Shown here one piece after another: positions 19,530 to 30,005 of a stretch of DNA of 64,000 nucleotides. The notes under the pieces were generated by a model. That model worked only from the letters and a program-made list of their open reading frames with translations. It did not search any database and was not told the origin of the DNA. Position numbers and translations under genes: made by a program. Numbering within the stretch: position 1 is the stretch's first letter; each line of letters begins with the position of its first letter. Source of the stretch: a virus (Duplodnaviria; Caudoviricetes); the IMG/VR virus record IMGVR_UViG_3300047509_000125, positions 2,019 through 66,018 of that record; one strand, written 5' to 3'.

Positions 19530-20827
19530 AGGACGCCAAAGAAGTCGTAGCCTGCGTGATCGACTACGGCTACTTTATCTCGTTAGCCGACAAGCTCTCT
19601 GAAACTTTCGACACGGTTTACTATTATAGCCCGTTCGAGCACGAGTATCTGAATCTGAACGATTGTGTTGTTGGTGACGGTCTGGATCGAGTCGAACGGA
19701 TGGACGAGTTTTTCGCGCCTGAGATATTTGACACGATTGACCTGTTCATATTTCCGGACATAGGGTTTGCACCACTACAGCAGCATTTACGCTCGTTAGG
19801 TAAAGCGGTTTGGGGATCGTTTGAAACCACCGAACTGGAAATGGTTCGAACCAAGTTTTTGGAAGTAATGAAAGAACTGGGATTGCCATTAGCCAAGCAT
19901 ACGATCGCGGAAGGTATAACAGAACTGGCTGACCATCTTCGGAAGGTCGATGACAAGTGGATCAAGATAGATCGTTACCGCGGGGTCATGGAAACATGGC
20001 ATCACCGGGATTGGCAGCACAGCGAACGTGAACTGGAGCGATTGGCTCTCACTCTAGGGGCAGCTAAAGAGTACGTGACCTTTGTCATTCAAGACCCAAT
20101 TCCAACTGACATTGAGTTAGGATACGACGGGTGGTGCGTTGACGGCGAGTTTCCGTTTTCTTCTTTTCAGGGATACGAAAATAAGAATGAACTTTACATC
20201 GGCGCCCTAAAGAAATATTCGGACATTCCCAAAGAAATCCAGATGGTTAACGAGGCGTTCGATCCGATTTTAACCAAAGCCGGCTACCGGAACTTTCTAG
20301 CAACTGAAGTTAGGATAAAAGATAAGGAGCCATACTTTATTGACCCGACGTTTCGAATGCCTGGACAGACTGGCGAACAACTGTTGGAGACATGCTCCAA
20401 TCTTGCTGACGTGGTTTGGCACGGCGCCAACGGGCAAGTATTAGAGCCGAAGTTCAAATACAAGTTTTCGGTGAGTGCCACGCTGCATTACGACGCTTTG
20501 CCGGCCGATCAGTGGCGAGTACTCAATGTTCCCGAGAAAGTTAGGCAATGGGTGAAACTGATGTACTACTGCCAGATTAATGACGTGTTCCATATCATCC
20601 CGAGTTTGAAGGACGAAGTCGGAGTGGTGCTTGGGGTTGGTAACACGATTCAAGAGACATTCGCTCATCTAAAAAAGAACTTGGACATTCTCTCGGTGGA
20701 ACCAATTTCCTGTCAGTTAGATGGATTTTTTGATTTGCTTGATTCAATTCGCGCGGCCGAAAAGCGCGGGATGAAATTCAGTGACCAACGTACTCCGACC
20801 GATCAGGAAATACTGAAGTTAATGTAA
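19526..20827 (+). CDS. ATP-grasp ligase, divergent PurD/GAR-synthetase-like
   Basis: Rossmann-like N-terminus (DLFIFPD, VWGS..TELEM.R), WIK, FVIQ..I...E, GYE.K, IDPTFRMP resembling PurD EFNxRFG. Confidence 0.7.
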   Translation: MKDAKEVVACVIDYGYFISLADKLSETFDTVYYYSPFEHEYLNLNDCVVGDGLDRVERMDEFFAPEIFDTIDLFIFPDIGFAPLQQHLRSLGKAVWGSFETTELEMVRTKFLEVMKELGLPLAKHTIAEGITELADHLRKVDDKWIKIDRYRGVMETWHHRDWQHSERELERLALTLGAAKEYVTFVIQDPIPTDIELGYDGWCVDGEFPFSSFQGYENKNELYIGALKKYSDIPKEIQMVNEAFDPILTKAGYRNFLATEVRIKDKEPYFIDPTFRMPGQTGEQLLETCSNLADVVWHGANGQVLEPKFKYKFSVSATLHYDALPADQWRVLNVPEKVRQWVKLMYYCQINDVFHIIPSLKDEVGVVLGVGNTIQETFAHLKKNLDILSVEPISCQLDGFFDLLDSIRAAEKRGMKFSDQRTPTDQEILKLM

Positions 20828-22707
20828 TGCCTACGCCGAGACCCCTATTGCCCCCGCCAGGCACGCCGGTTCGATCTACCTACGCGACCGATGGCGCGCC
20901 GGCCGAATACATCGAGCGGGTTGATTCTTCCTCCACCGAATATCAGAAATATCCGCGCGGTACACTCTATTCGACGCTGCCCAACGCTGACCAACGGATC
21001 ATTGACGCGTATCCGGACCTGTTCCTGTTACGGGAAACTAACGAGCCGACTCAGTATCCATTCACGTTCAGAGTTTGGTCAACGCAACCGCGTCTTGTTA
21101 CCCAAAAGATAGGCCAGGAAAATCTGACGCCCGCGAAGTATCGCCGGTTAGTCCGTAACATCGAGACAAACGAACTGGTCAGCGCTGACTACCAATTCCC
21201 AGTTAACCTGAGTGGCGACCAAACCGAAGTCGAGCTGCAACAACAAACGATCGAAGAAGCCCGGCTAAAGACGATCGAGGAAATCATCAACGTTGGCGGT
21301 GACGCGCTTCTCGGTGGTGAAGTCGGCGAGTACGGCCAACTGGCAATTTATGAGAGTGTGGTGCCGGAAGGTACGCCGGTTGACGAAGGTTTCTTTGTTG
21401 TCCGTTCGACGGTCACGCCGTTTGGGAACGGGAAAGCAGTCAAGATCACGGCCAAATACGCCCAGTTTTATCAGGTCGCTACGATCAAGATCACGAGCGG
21501 CGGATCAGGCTACACGACGCCTCCTACGGTAACGATAACGGGTGGGGGCGGGACCGGAGCAACGGCGGTAGCGGTTGTCGAGGGCGATCAGGTTAGCCGG
21601 GTCGATGTGACTAATCCAGGGAGCAATTACACTTCGATCCCAACAGTGGCGTTCTCGTCTGGTGCGGCGACCGCCGTAGCGATAATGACAATCGCGCGGT
21701 TACTCGGGCAGGATTACGACGAAGTTCTCGATGTTGGTATCCCGTATTTCCAAGCGGATGTCGCGGCTGGCACAACGGGCCTTAACCGTAGCGATGTTAG
21801 ACCGATTGATTATCTCCGGAGCCGGATCAAGTCGATCGACATTACTGCGGCCAAGACCGTGCTGGACAATTATCTGCTATCGTTTCCGAGCACGACCAAT
21901 ATTGATGCGCCAGATATTCTTAATGACATCCTAATCGGGTTCGAGGACTCGGTCGGCGCAGGTTCTTCTACCGATGAAATAACTACCTACGGCTGGAGCG
22001 GCAACCATTCGTTCACATTCCCCTCCAGAGCGACCGCGCAAGGCAGTTCAGGTCTGACTGGCGACGTTATCCCAATGATAACCCCGTTCTACGGGATCAA
22101 GCGGCATGTGACCAATTACCTATTTTTCATGCCCGCACCGGTAACATCGGACCAGATCGTGGCGAGACTCGAAGCGTTGACTGGACTAACTGTTACCGAT
22201 TGGTCCGATTTCCATCCTACGAACATTACAGTCACACTCATTTCGACCAAACTATCCGCACGCGTTGAAGCAGGATTCACGACTCATCACAGCGTGAGCG
22301 ATTCGGGAAACGCAGATGTCGAGAGCACAAGCACCGGTACATCGAAGGAAGTGACAGTGGTAATTAAAACCGTTCGCATCCCGCCTACAGTTCACGGCGA
22401 TGTTATCCCGAAGAAACTGGAGGACAACACCTCTCTGTTTAGCGGAAGCCACATTGACGGTATGGATTTAACTTACGACTCGGCCGGCGCAACAGTGGAA
22501 GCTCACGCGGCCGGCGCCGGTCCGCATGCTGATGCCTCGGTAAACATAGTCGGCACGATGCGGGTGATAGCCCGAGGTTTATCCGCTACCAGTGGCCCAA
22601 CGAGCCTGCCGGATACAGGACTTTTAATCGTTAACACCAACGCTGCTCCCTACAAATATGGATACGTCAGAATCCACGCCGAAGTCATCGACGCTAGTAC
22701 GCTTTGA
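20827..22707 (+). CDS. Putative virion tail/structural protein
   Basis: ITSGGSGYTTPPTVTITGGGGTGATA beta-repeat seen in tail proteins; S/T/G-rich. Confidence 0.55.
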   Translation: MPTPRPLLPPPGTPVRSTYATDGAPAEYIERVDSSSTEYQKYPRGTLYSTLPNADQRIIDAYPDLFLLRETNEPTQYPFTFRVWSTQPRLVTQKIGQENLTPAKYRRLVRNIETNELVSADYQFPVNLSGDQTEVELQQQTIEEARLKTIEEIINVGGDALLGGEVGEYGQLAIYESVVPEGTPVDEGFFVVRSTVTPFGNGKAVKITAKYAQFYQVATIKITSGGSGYTTPPTVTITGGGGTGATAVAVVEGDQVSRVDVTNPGSNYTSIPTVAFSSGAATAVAIMTIARLLGQDYDEVLDVGIPYFQADVAAGTTGLNRSDVRPIDYLRSRIKSIDITAAKTVLDNYLLSFPSTTNIDAPDILNDILIGFEDSVGAGSSTDEITTYGWSGNHSFTFPSRATAQGSSGLTGDVIPMITPFYGIKRHVTNYLFFMPAPVTSDQIVARLEALTGLTVTDWSDFHPTNITVTLISTKLSARVEAGFTTHHSVSDSGNADVESTSTGTSKEVTVVIKTVRIPPTVHGDVIPKKLEDNTSLFSGSHIDGMDLTYDSAGATVEAHAAGAGPHADASVNIVGTMRVIARGLSATSGPTSLPDTGLLIVNTNAAPYKYGYVRIHAEVIDASTL

Positions 22708-22820
22708 GGAAGAATTGGACCGGGACATGATGCAGTGGTTCGATGAACTGCAACGGAACAAGAAGCCGATCCAAGAACACAAAATCCAAGTTGAAATTCA
22801 AACGTTCAAAGTAAAACCCG

Positions 22821-23354
22821 ATGGAAATTCAGGTCGAGGAAATTGAGATACCGGCAGTACCGTTTGAAGGGTTTGAACTGCCTTTCTTTGTTCCTCGGGT
22901 GATCGAGGGCACTGGAACCGGATCGGGCGATTTTGAGGGTGATTACACTGGTGGCGACGAGGAACTAGTAAATGTAAACATAAGTCTTCCATCGGACATA
23001 ACGATTGTGTGGATGGAGCTTAACGGAACTCCAACTTTAGCAAACACTAATCTACAGGTAGGGCCAATGGGGGCGACATCAACATTCGTGGATTTTTACC
23101 ACCTTGACGGGATGGGTTCACCAGTGGATGAAGGAACGGAAATCGCGCAAACTTCTTCCGTAGTCAGGCACTTGTGTCATCAATTCGTCCCCGCAGGTGG
23201 GTTCATTTTGCTTAACATAGGAGACTGGGAAGATCCGGCCCTTGATATAGGAACCTCTCACTACAAAATCCACTACACCACCGGGGCATCGGACACTACC
23301 GAATACGATCTACTGTATCTACGTGAACCAACGTTTGGTCCGTTCTTCTCTTGA
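22821..23354 (+). CDS. Acidic hypothetical structural protein
   Basis: Located in the structural block. Confidence 0.45.
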   Translation: MEIQVEEIEIPAVPFEGFELPFFVPRVIEGTGTGSGDFEGDYTGGDEELVNVNISLPSDITIVWMELNGTPTLANTNLQVGPMGATSTFVDFYHLDGMGSPVDEGTEIAQTSSVVRHLCHQFVPAGGFILLNIGDWEDPALDIGTSHYKIHYTTGASDTTEYDLLYLREPTFGPFFS

Positions 23355-23379
23355 ATAAACAACGATCGCAACGTAGCCT
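23351..23379 (+). promoter_or_regulatory. Sigma70-like promoter
   Basis: TTGAAT-17 bp-TAGCCT, 9 nt before ATG 23389. Confidence 0.5.
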
Positions 23380-23388
23380 CGCTTTTTA

Positions 23389-23739
23389 ATGGCCGCAGAT
23401 GTAAAACCCGTAACCTACTTCGGTGCAGGCTATGCAGCCGATGGCACGAATCATCTTGTTAAACTCAACAACCATGACGCGGGTAGCAATAAGCTGCTCA
23501 AACACCTAACGGATGCTCAGTCTGATCCGACAACCGGCGACAGTAGACAGATCCTCCTAGCTCTGTTTGAAATGGCTTATGAAGCCTATATCGCGCAGGT
23601 CAACGCCAACAATCGGCCGAAACAGATGAGCCTTCAGCGAAACGTATCGACCGATGCCAGCGGCAATTTCACGATCCAAATTTCCGGTACGTTCACCTTT
23701 GTCGAGGACGGAACCTGGACCATGACGGCGGAAATTTGA
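23389..23739 (+). CDS. Hypothetical structural protein
   Basis: First gene after the promoter, upstream of the portal. Confidence 0.55.
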   Translation: MAADVKPVTYFGAGYAADGTNHLVKLNNHDAGSNKLLKHLTDAQSDPTTGDSRQILLALFEMAYEAYIAQVNANNRPKQMSLQRNVSTDASGNFTIQISGTFTFVEDGTWTMTAEI

Positions 23740-23742
23740 TCC

Positions 23743-24051
23743 GTGCTGTGGATCAAAGACACCTCGACTGTTCCGCCTAGCGATTGGGTCTATCACGTCG
23801 AGGCCACTAACTACGATGTTCGGGTAAAGAATTACGCGATCCTCTACCCCGAAATCGTTAAGCATTGTCGGTCGAACAATGTTCCTGTTCCGAGCCAAGA
23901 GGATGTGATTCGCCAACTGTGCGAGCGGCTGTATATTCCGTGCGTGGAGGGCACTCAACCACTGGTCAATACTTGGACGCAGAGACTACCGCCTCCGGCG
24001 CCTAAAGGTTGTTGCGGACAGGGAATGGTTATACCCCGGCGTCAACCGTGA
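23743..24051 (+). CDS. Hypothetical Cys-containing protein
   Basis: PPSDWVY...HC..N...LC; GTGA coupling. Confidence 0.55.
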   Translation: MLWIKDTSTVPPSDWVYHVEATNYDVRVKNYAILYPEIVKHCRSNNVPVPSQEDVIRQLCERLYIPCVEGTQPLVNTWTQRLPPPAPKGCCGQGMVIPRRQP

Positions 24052-24356
24052 CCGTTTTCCACTTTATCATTCTCTCCCTTGCCACGTATCGTCTCACCGT
24101 TCTTGTCGCAAGAGACCTTGGACCGTTTAACGTTTTCTGGAACCTGCGGCACACCGGCCGCCCCTTCGATCATTTCCTGTCTTGCCCGTTCTGCGTCTCG
24201 GTTTGGATCTCGGCTGGCGTAAACCTGGCCTACTATTTCTATTGTGTGAAAAGTCCCTTGGTCTTATTACTGGCCCTAATCTTTGCCATGTCAGCGATCA
24301 CAATCTTCTGTCATAGGGCCTTCACCGTGGATCACGCTCCAACTCCTCCGCACTAA
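24048..24356 (+). CDS. DUF1360-like membrane protein
   Basis: LATYRLT.LV..D.GP...LSCPFCVSVW with three hydrophobic helices. Confidence 0.7.
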   Translation: MTVFHFIILSLATYRLTVLVARDLGPFNVFWNLRHTGRPFDHFLSCPFCVSVWISAGVNLAYYFYCVKSPLVLLLALIFAMSAITIFCHRAFTVDHAPTPPH

Positions 24357-24362
24357 ATAGAT

Positions 24363-26651
24363 ATGTCAGCCGGCGAAATTCCACGCGGCATAATTCAGGG
24401 ACCAAAGGGAAAACCGGAACTGCCAGAGGAACGCTTCGCGGACGCCGAAGAAGTCCGTCAACTGTGCCGGAACATGATCTGGTACGACCGCGATTTTCGG
24501 GCTCCAGCGCGAGCACGCATTGACGGTCTGTTTGCGGGCAACCCGACCTTCTCCCTTCAAAAGCTGAAACAAAAAGGGTTCGGCTGGTTGCCTAGGGTAA
24601 ACTATCGGGAGGGCGAAGCGGATTTAGCGGCTCTCCAAACGCCGTTGTACGACTTGGTCAGCGAAGTCGATCATCAGATAGAAGTCACTCTAGACATTGA
24701 TAACGTTACCCAAACCGAACTGGACGCGTACGAAAACGCGATTCAACAACATTTTACCTGGCTCAATTTCACCCGTAGCCGAACCGATTTTAATTTCAAC
24801 ATGCTCGTTAGTCAGAGGGAAATGTTGCTGCACGGTCTCGGCTACAATGTCCGGCTAAACGATAATTGGATGGGCCGTGTTCCGATCTCCGGCCGGATCT
24901 TGTTTCCCGAAACTTGCCCGCTCAATTTCAAGCGGGACGGCAAATACTTTTTGCTGCGCGAGTTTGTTCCCGGCGAAGATGTTTACGGCTATATCCGGAA
25001 CGAGAAAGCCGCTCGCGCCGACGGCTGGCTACCGGACAACCTTTGGCAAGCCTTGGTTCTCTCTACTAAACCGGATCGTTACCCGCAAAATACCGATCTA
25101 CAGGAGATTCAGCGTAACATGCGCCGAGGCGACATCGGGTGGAGTAGCAGCACCCAGGCGGGTCTATGGCTCAATCACCTTATCACGGCCGAATACGAAG
25201 GCGGGTTCTCTCATTATATAGTGGAAGAAAATGTCTCGGTGAACGCGGAAAAAGACGCCAAAGGTTATCTCTACCGCAACCGCTACAAATTCGACTCGTG
25301 GCCGTTAACCATCTACAACTTCGACATCGGCGACGGCGGTTTTATCCATTCCGTTCGCGGTTTGGGGATGCGCTCGAAGGATTTCTACGAACTGTCCAAT
25401 CGCCTGAAAAACGCGATGGCGGCACAGGTATTAATTGGCGCCTTTCCGATGGTGAAACTGAACGGGCAAACCGTCGATCAAGACAAATTACGGCTGTGGC
25501 GTATGGGCGCGCTCTCTCTTATCCCGCAGGGAGTGGAGCCGACCATGATCCAATTTCCGCCGCTTGCCCAAGGACCGTTGGCGCTGGACAAATCGTTGCG
25601 CGAAACGCTCGAGCGAAACAGTAAATCGTCCACACCGACTACACCCGAAGCGAAGGACCGAGAAACCGCTTACTCATTTTCGATGCGCGCCCAGGATGCG
25701 GCTCGAATCAGTAACGGGATGCAAAGCCTCTATGAAAGCAATCTGCAACAGGATTACGACATGCAGTTGCGAATGGTGGTTAAGACACCGAAAGGGCCGC
25801 GTGATTATCAAAAGATGGCCCAAGAATTTCGTGACCGATGCGAGAAAACGCCGCGGCTAGATAAAAAGGTGTGGGCCGACATCTGGCGCCGGCCGGGAGC
25901 GATTGCTGAAGTGCGCGAGAATACCAGTACCGGCGCTGGTAGTGCGGCAACCCGGCTCAATGCGCTTCTGGCACTGATGCAATACATCTATCCCAATACG
26001 GATGAGGGCCGCAAAATCACGATTGAACGCGACCTGGTTTCAACGCTCATGGGCGGCTCCAAGGTCGATCGTTATGCTCGTAACCCGGCCGACATCGAGT
26101 TACCCGACAGTGACGATTCGTTGGCAGCGGTAGAAAGCGACGCGCTTGTTCTCGGTGGCGATGCGGTAGTGTCATCGAAACAAAACCACGTCAAACATTC
26201 TAAGGCGCATCTTGGAAAAGCGTTGGAGATCGTCCAAGCGGTTCAGAACGGTGAAATGCCTCCGGAACAAGCCTTAGCCGCTATCCGTAAACTCGGGCAG
26301 CACACGGCGGATCACCTACAGCAGATCCAAAATAATCCGATGCGGAAAGCTGAATTTGACGAGCTCTATCAAGAGTGGCAAGCACTCGGAAAAATCTCGA
26401 AAAAGCTCGAGAGCCAGATACAAGCGCAGAGTCGCCAGCAAGAGCGCGGCCAACAAATGTCGGAGCAATCACAGATTAAGGATAAGGTCGCGCAGTCCGA
26501 CATCGCCCGAAAAGACCGGAAAGCTGATGCCGACATTGTTCGCCAATTCCGAAAAGACGCTGTTAAAAACCGGCTGGCTGACGCCTCGACCGCGGCGAAG
26601 ATCTCAAGGCAAGGGACTAACGGCAATCGGCAACCTGCTTCTGCTGCTTGA
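24363..26651 (+). CDS. Portal protein (podovirus type)
   Basis: 762 aa; RARID..F.GNP, GLG, ETA motifs; Q-rich helical C-terminus; order portal, small protein, scaffold, capsid. Confidence 0.75.
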   Translation: MSAGEIPRGIIQGPKGKPELPEERFADAEEVRQLCRNMIWYDRDFRAPARARIDGLFAGNPTFSLQKLKQKGFGWLPRVNYREGEADLAALQTPLYDLVSEVDHQIEVTLDIDNVTQTELDAYENAIQQHFTWLNFTRSRTDFNFNMLVSQREMLLHGLGYNVRLNDNWMGRVPISGRILFPETCPLNFKRDGKYFLLREFVPGEDVYGYIRNEKAARADGWLPDNLWQALVLSTKPDRYPQNTDLQEIQRNMRRGDIGWSSSTQAGLWLNHLITAEYEGGFSHYIVEENVSVNAEKDAKGYLYRNRYKFDSWPLTIYNFDIGDGGFIHSVRGLGMRSKDFYELSNRLKNAMAAQVLIGAFPMVKLNGQTVDQDKLRLWRMGALSLIPQGVEPTMIQFPPLAQGPLALDKSLRETLERNSKSSTPTTPEAKDRETAYSFSMRAQDAARISNGMQSLYESNLQQDYDMQLRMVVKTPKGPRDYQKMAQEFRDRCEKTPRLDKKVWADIWRRPGAIAEVRENTSTGAGSAATRLNALLALMQYIYPNTDEGRKITIERDLVSTLMGGSKVDRYARNPADIELPDSDDSLAAVESDALVLGGDAVVSSKQNHVKHSKAHLGKALEIVQAVQNGEMPPEQALAAIRKLGQHTADHLQQIQNNPMRKAEFDELYQEWQALGKISKKLESQIQAQSRQQERGQQMSEQSQIKDKVAQSDIARKDRKADADIVRQFRKDAVKNRLADASTAAKISRQGTNGNRQPASAA

Positions 26652-26974
26652 GCGCAATCACCGATTTCCAGACCGAGCACGGCGAAGCGTGGCTTAAAAT
26701 TGTTAAATCGCCCGCGTTCATGGCTGCGATGCAGCACTTGAACCAGGTGAAGATTAACGAAATTATTGGGCTCGAGCCCGAAGCCATCACCAACCATAGC
26801 CGCGAAATACTGAGTGAACTACAAGGGCATCTTCGGCACGAAAACGATTTGATTAGCCTAGCGACGGCAAAGGAACTTGATTTTGAAAGTTTACCTGATG
26901 AAACCTATCCCGATCCTAACGAGGAACTAGCACCACCACCGAAGAAGCGTTCAACCACAAAACGAAAGAAGTAG
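26648..26974 (+). CDS. Small head-associated hypothetical protein
   Basis: Position between portal and scaffold. Confidence 0.55.
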   Translation: MSAITDFQTEHGEAWLKIVKSPAFMAAMQHLNQVKINEIIGLEPEAITNHSREILSELQGHLRHENDLISLATAKELDFESLPDETYPDPNEELAPPPKKRSTTKRKK

Positions 26975-26977
26975 TTT

Positions 26978-28192
26978 ATGGCCGACTCAGCCGTTCAAGA
27001 CCCGCCAGCACCACCACCGGCGACCACATCGTTCGCAGACAAATTCAACGCTGCTATGGAGCAGAACAAGACCACTGAGCCCGTAAAGGCAAAGGGTGAG
27101 GACAAAACCAAGCAGCCAGAGCCGAAAAAGAAAGGTGCGCTTGATGTAGCTATTGAAGGCAAAAAGCCCGAGACCGCAACCACCACTACGGTACCGGACA
27201 ACGACGCTGATGCCTTTCTGAAAGATCACCCCGAAGACGCCAAAAACGTTAACTGGTCGCGGGCGCGAAAACTGATCGAGACGCAAAAAACTCTCATTGG
27301 AGAATTGACCAAGAGCAAAACCGACACGGAAAGTCGGTTAGGCGAATACAAGGATTACGGCGACATTAAAACCAAGGCGGAACGAGCCGCGGCGATTGAA
27401 GCGGAAAACAAGGAACTGCGCGAAGCTATCACCGCAATCAACGTCGAATACGAGCCCGGCTTTCGCTCGAAATATGTCGAGGGCCGACAAAAACTTCTCG
27501 ATAAAGCGGTTGCCCGAGTGAAGGAATACGGCGGGAACGTCGATCTCTTTAATGACGCCCTGGCCCAAACCGGCAAAACCCGAACGGCAACGCTCAAAGA
27601 AGCGCTCACCGACGTAGACGAACTGGACCGGCCACGGATCATTTCCGTGCTCGACCAGGTGCAAGCCTTGGACGACGAACGAGCCGATTTACAGAAAGAC
27701 CCTCAAAAAGCCTGGGAAACACTGCAAGCCCGGCAATCCGAACAGAATCGGACCAACGCTGAGAAAGAAGCTCGCCGCAAAGAAGACGCGTTTGAACGGA
27801 TCGTGATGGCGATTGCCGACGATAACCCGACACTTCGGACTGTCGATGACACGACCGAAGGCGCCGCGGACTGGAATCAGCCAATTAAAGAGGCGCTAAC
27901 CAAGGGCAAAGCGTTGTTCCTCGGTAACGGCGAAATTGAGACCAAAGATTTAATCCTGGCCTCGATTTACCGTTACGATTATCCGCGGATCTCAAAAATG
28001 TTGCTGGACACCTATTCCGAACTCCAGACCGCCAAACAACGATTAGCTGAAATTGACGCAGCCCAACCCGATTTCAGAGGCGGTAAAGGGCCAGCTGCTA
28101 CGGCTGCTACTGCAAATCAACCGGAAAAGAAACGCTCTGAGGTTTATCAGGACGCGCTCCGAAACATCGAGCAAGGTGTCGCCAACGAATAA
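26978..28192 (+). CDS. Capsid scaffolding protein
   Basis: Charged coiled-coil protein with disordered N-terminus directly before the capsid gene. Confidence 0.7.
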   Translation: MADSAVQDPPAPPPATTSFADKFNAAMEQNKTTEPVKAKGEDKTKQPEPKKKGALDVAIEGKKPETATTTTVPDNDADAFLKDHPEDAKNVNWSRARKLIETQKTLIGELTKSKTDTESRLGEYKDYGDIKTKAERAAAIEAENKELREAITAINVEYEPGFRSKYVEGRQKLLDKAVARVKEYGGNVDLFNDALAQTGKTRTATLKEALTDVDELDRPRIISVLDQVQALDDERADLQKDPQKAWETLQARQSEQNRTNAEKEARRKEDAFERIVMAIADDNPTLRTVDDTTEGAADWNQPIKEALTKGKALFLGNGEIETKDLILASIYRYDYPRISKMLLDTYSELQTAKQRLAEIDAAQPDFRGGKGPAATAATANQPEKKRSEVYQDALRNIEQGVANE

Positions 28193-28198
28193 TTCCCA

Positions 28199-28406
28199 TT
28201 GACACCGTAGCGGTTTGGTCCCATAAGAGCATCGCTGCGACATATTTTACCGAAAGGTAAGCCGGACATCAGCAATTCGGTTACGGGCGTTAAAAGTGGG
28301 TTCGCCACCGCCGGACGAGCAAACCAGCACGACATCGTTGTGCGCTTCGCTTGCCGTCTGGAAAATAAAAAGCGCCAATTAAAAACCGAACAAGAAAGAA
28401 AACTTT
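28199..28406 (+). promoter_or_regulatory. Capsid promoter and long structured leader
   Basis: TTGACA(28199)-17 bp-CATAAG; TTACC-GAAA-GGTAA GNRA hairpin at 28246-28259; GCACGAC/GTTGTGC hairpin. Confidence 0.55.
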
Positions 28407-29624
28407 ATGGCAGATACATGCCCCGAACTCGCTGCATTCCGTATCGCGGTGGAATCGCTCGAGGATAATGTTCTACGCAGTCCGCAATTCGCTCGCGCCA
28501 ATTATTTCCGAAACATGTTCCCGATGGGCGAGTTTGTCCGAAATCAGGGAACGACACGGTCCAACTTCACGATCAAAGCTTCCGCGCCGTCGGATGACCA
28601 GTCCAAGTGGGCTCCGGTCTCAATCAATCCGAACGCGAGTGGCCTAACCATTCCCGGTTGTAACCCAGTGTACGAAGACATCGGAGTAGGTTTCTTCGAG
28701 CGCACCTGGAGCCCGCAACGGCGCGACTTCCGCGGGCCGATCGTGTGTAAGGAACACTTCCAGTTCCAGCACAGCATCGCGCAATTCATCGACGGTTATG
28801 TGGCCGCGATGAGACAATGGCTCGCGTTGACCTGGGAATTTGGTCTGCGCGGTAACACAATGGCGCTTGGCGACTGGTTCGTTGACGGGGTCAAATACGT
28901 CGGTCCCAATGCAGCCGCGTCCGCTCCTCGGGCGTACCAGGGTTTGACCCAGGACATCTTGGACGACGTTGCCCAGGACCGAATCAATATCGGTGTCCAG
29001 GTGGGTGAAGAAAACGGCGATTACGTAGTCAACGGGAACGCCGGCCCGATTTACCCACTCTTTATTAATATGCGGGAAAGCGGCAACATTCTCCGCGCTA
29101 ACCATGACATCCGAGACGATGCCCGGTCTGCCTCGATGGGATGGGACGGCGAAGGAAACTTCTCGCTCTGGAAAGCCCTTGGCTCGACTCGGACAATCGG
29201 CAACTTCCGGCACGTTTCCACCAACGTCGAACCCAGGTTTAATTATACGGCTTCGGGCTACCAAACCGTGCCACCGTATAAGGACATTACGGTTGTCGGA
29301 ACCGACCAGGAAATTATCACCGACGCCTACAAGAACGCGCCGTTCCGCGCAGCGATCATGGCCGTGCCGTCGGGATTCGCGATTGAAGCGGTGCGGCCAC
29401 AGACAGCTGGCCTCAACTTCAAACCGCAGGATTACAACGGCGATCTTGAGTTTATCACGGGCGGCTACCGGATCTGTGATCCACCGATTCACGATCCGCG
29501 GGAAGAAAAAGGGCGGCACTACGCGTCAATCCAGTACGCCGCGGCGCCGAAGTACCCGCACTCCATGGCTGTCATTATTTCAAAAATTTGCCCTGTCGAT
29601 AGGCAAACGGTGTTCTGCAGTTGA
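28407..29624 (+). CDS. Major capsid protein
   Basis: 405 aa after the scaffold with its own promoter; composition fits an HK97-fold capsid protein. Confidence 0.75.
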   Translation: MADTCPELAAFRIAVESLEDNVLRSPQFARANYFRNMFPMGEFVRNQGTTRSNFTIKASAPSDDQSKWAPVSINPNASGLTIPGCNPVYEDIGVGFFERTWSPQRRDFRGPIVCKEHFQFQHSIAQFIDGYVAAMRQWLALTWEFGLRGNTMALGDWFVDGVKYVGPNAAASAPRAYQGLTQDILDDVAQDRINIGVQVGEENGDYVVNGNAGPIYPLFINMRESGNILRANHDIRDDARSASMGWDGEGNFSLWKALGSTRTIGNFRHVSTNVEPRFNYTASGYQTVPPYKDITVVGTDQEIITDAYKNAPFRAAIMAVPSGFAIEAVRPQTAGLNFKPQDYNGDLEFITGGYRICDPPIHDPREEKGRHYASIQYAAAPKYPHSMAVIISKICPVDRQTVFCS

Positions 29625-29714
29625 TCTGGTCGTTAGACTGATACAGAGAGGTGTATGTGGTTGGTCCGGCGTTATGAGACTAACTATCTTCGTAACGCCG
29701 GACTTTCTCTTTTT

Positions 29715-30005
29715 ATGAAACGATTACTTTGTTTGTTCATCATCGCCCTAACGTGTTCCTTTGCCGCGGCTGATCAGTTCGGCCAGCGACAGGTCAGCGT
29801 TCATCCCCTTACTGGCACCGGCACGATTAAGCATGGGTGTCGCTACGTGTTGTTCGATCTCGTCGGATTCAGCGGTTCAATCGGGAACGTAACGTTTTCG
29901 AGCATAACCAAATTGCTCCCAATTCCGGCGCAGAGTCAGGACACACTCGGCGACATTCCTTACACCGTGACTGGTGGAACATTAAACGTCATTGAGGAAC
30001 GGTGA
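29715..30005 (+). CDS. Small protein with signal peptide
   Basis: MKRLLCLFIIALTCSFAAA; GTGA-coupled to the next gene. Confidence 0.6.
   Translation: MKRLLCLFIIALTCSFAAADQFGQRQVSVHPLTGTGTIKHGCRYVLFDLVGFSGSIGNVTFSSITKLLPIPAQSQDTLGDIPYTVTGGTLNVIEER

Noticed and set aside
19526-20827. Annotation as purD auxiliary metabolic gene
   Set aside because: Motifs are divergent, no other purine genes are present and the context is structural, so the gene symbol was withheld
28644-29519. 291-aa antisense ORF over the capsid gene (similarly 49797-50546 and 15040-15699)
   Set aside because: No recognisable motifs or RBS; expected antisense openness from codon bias
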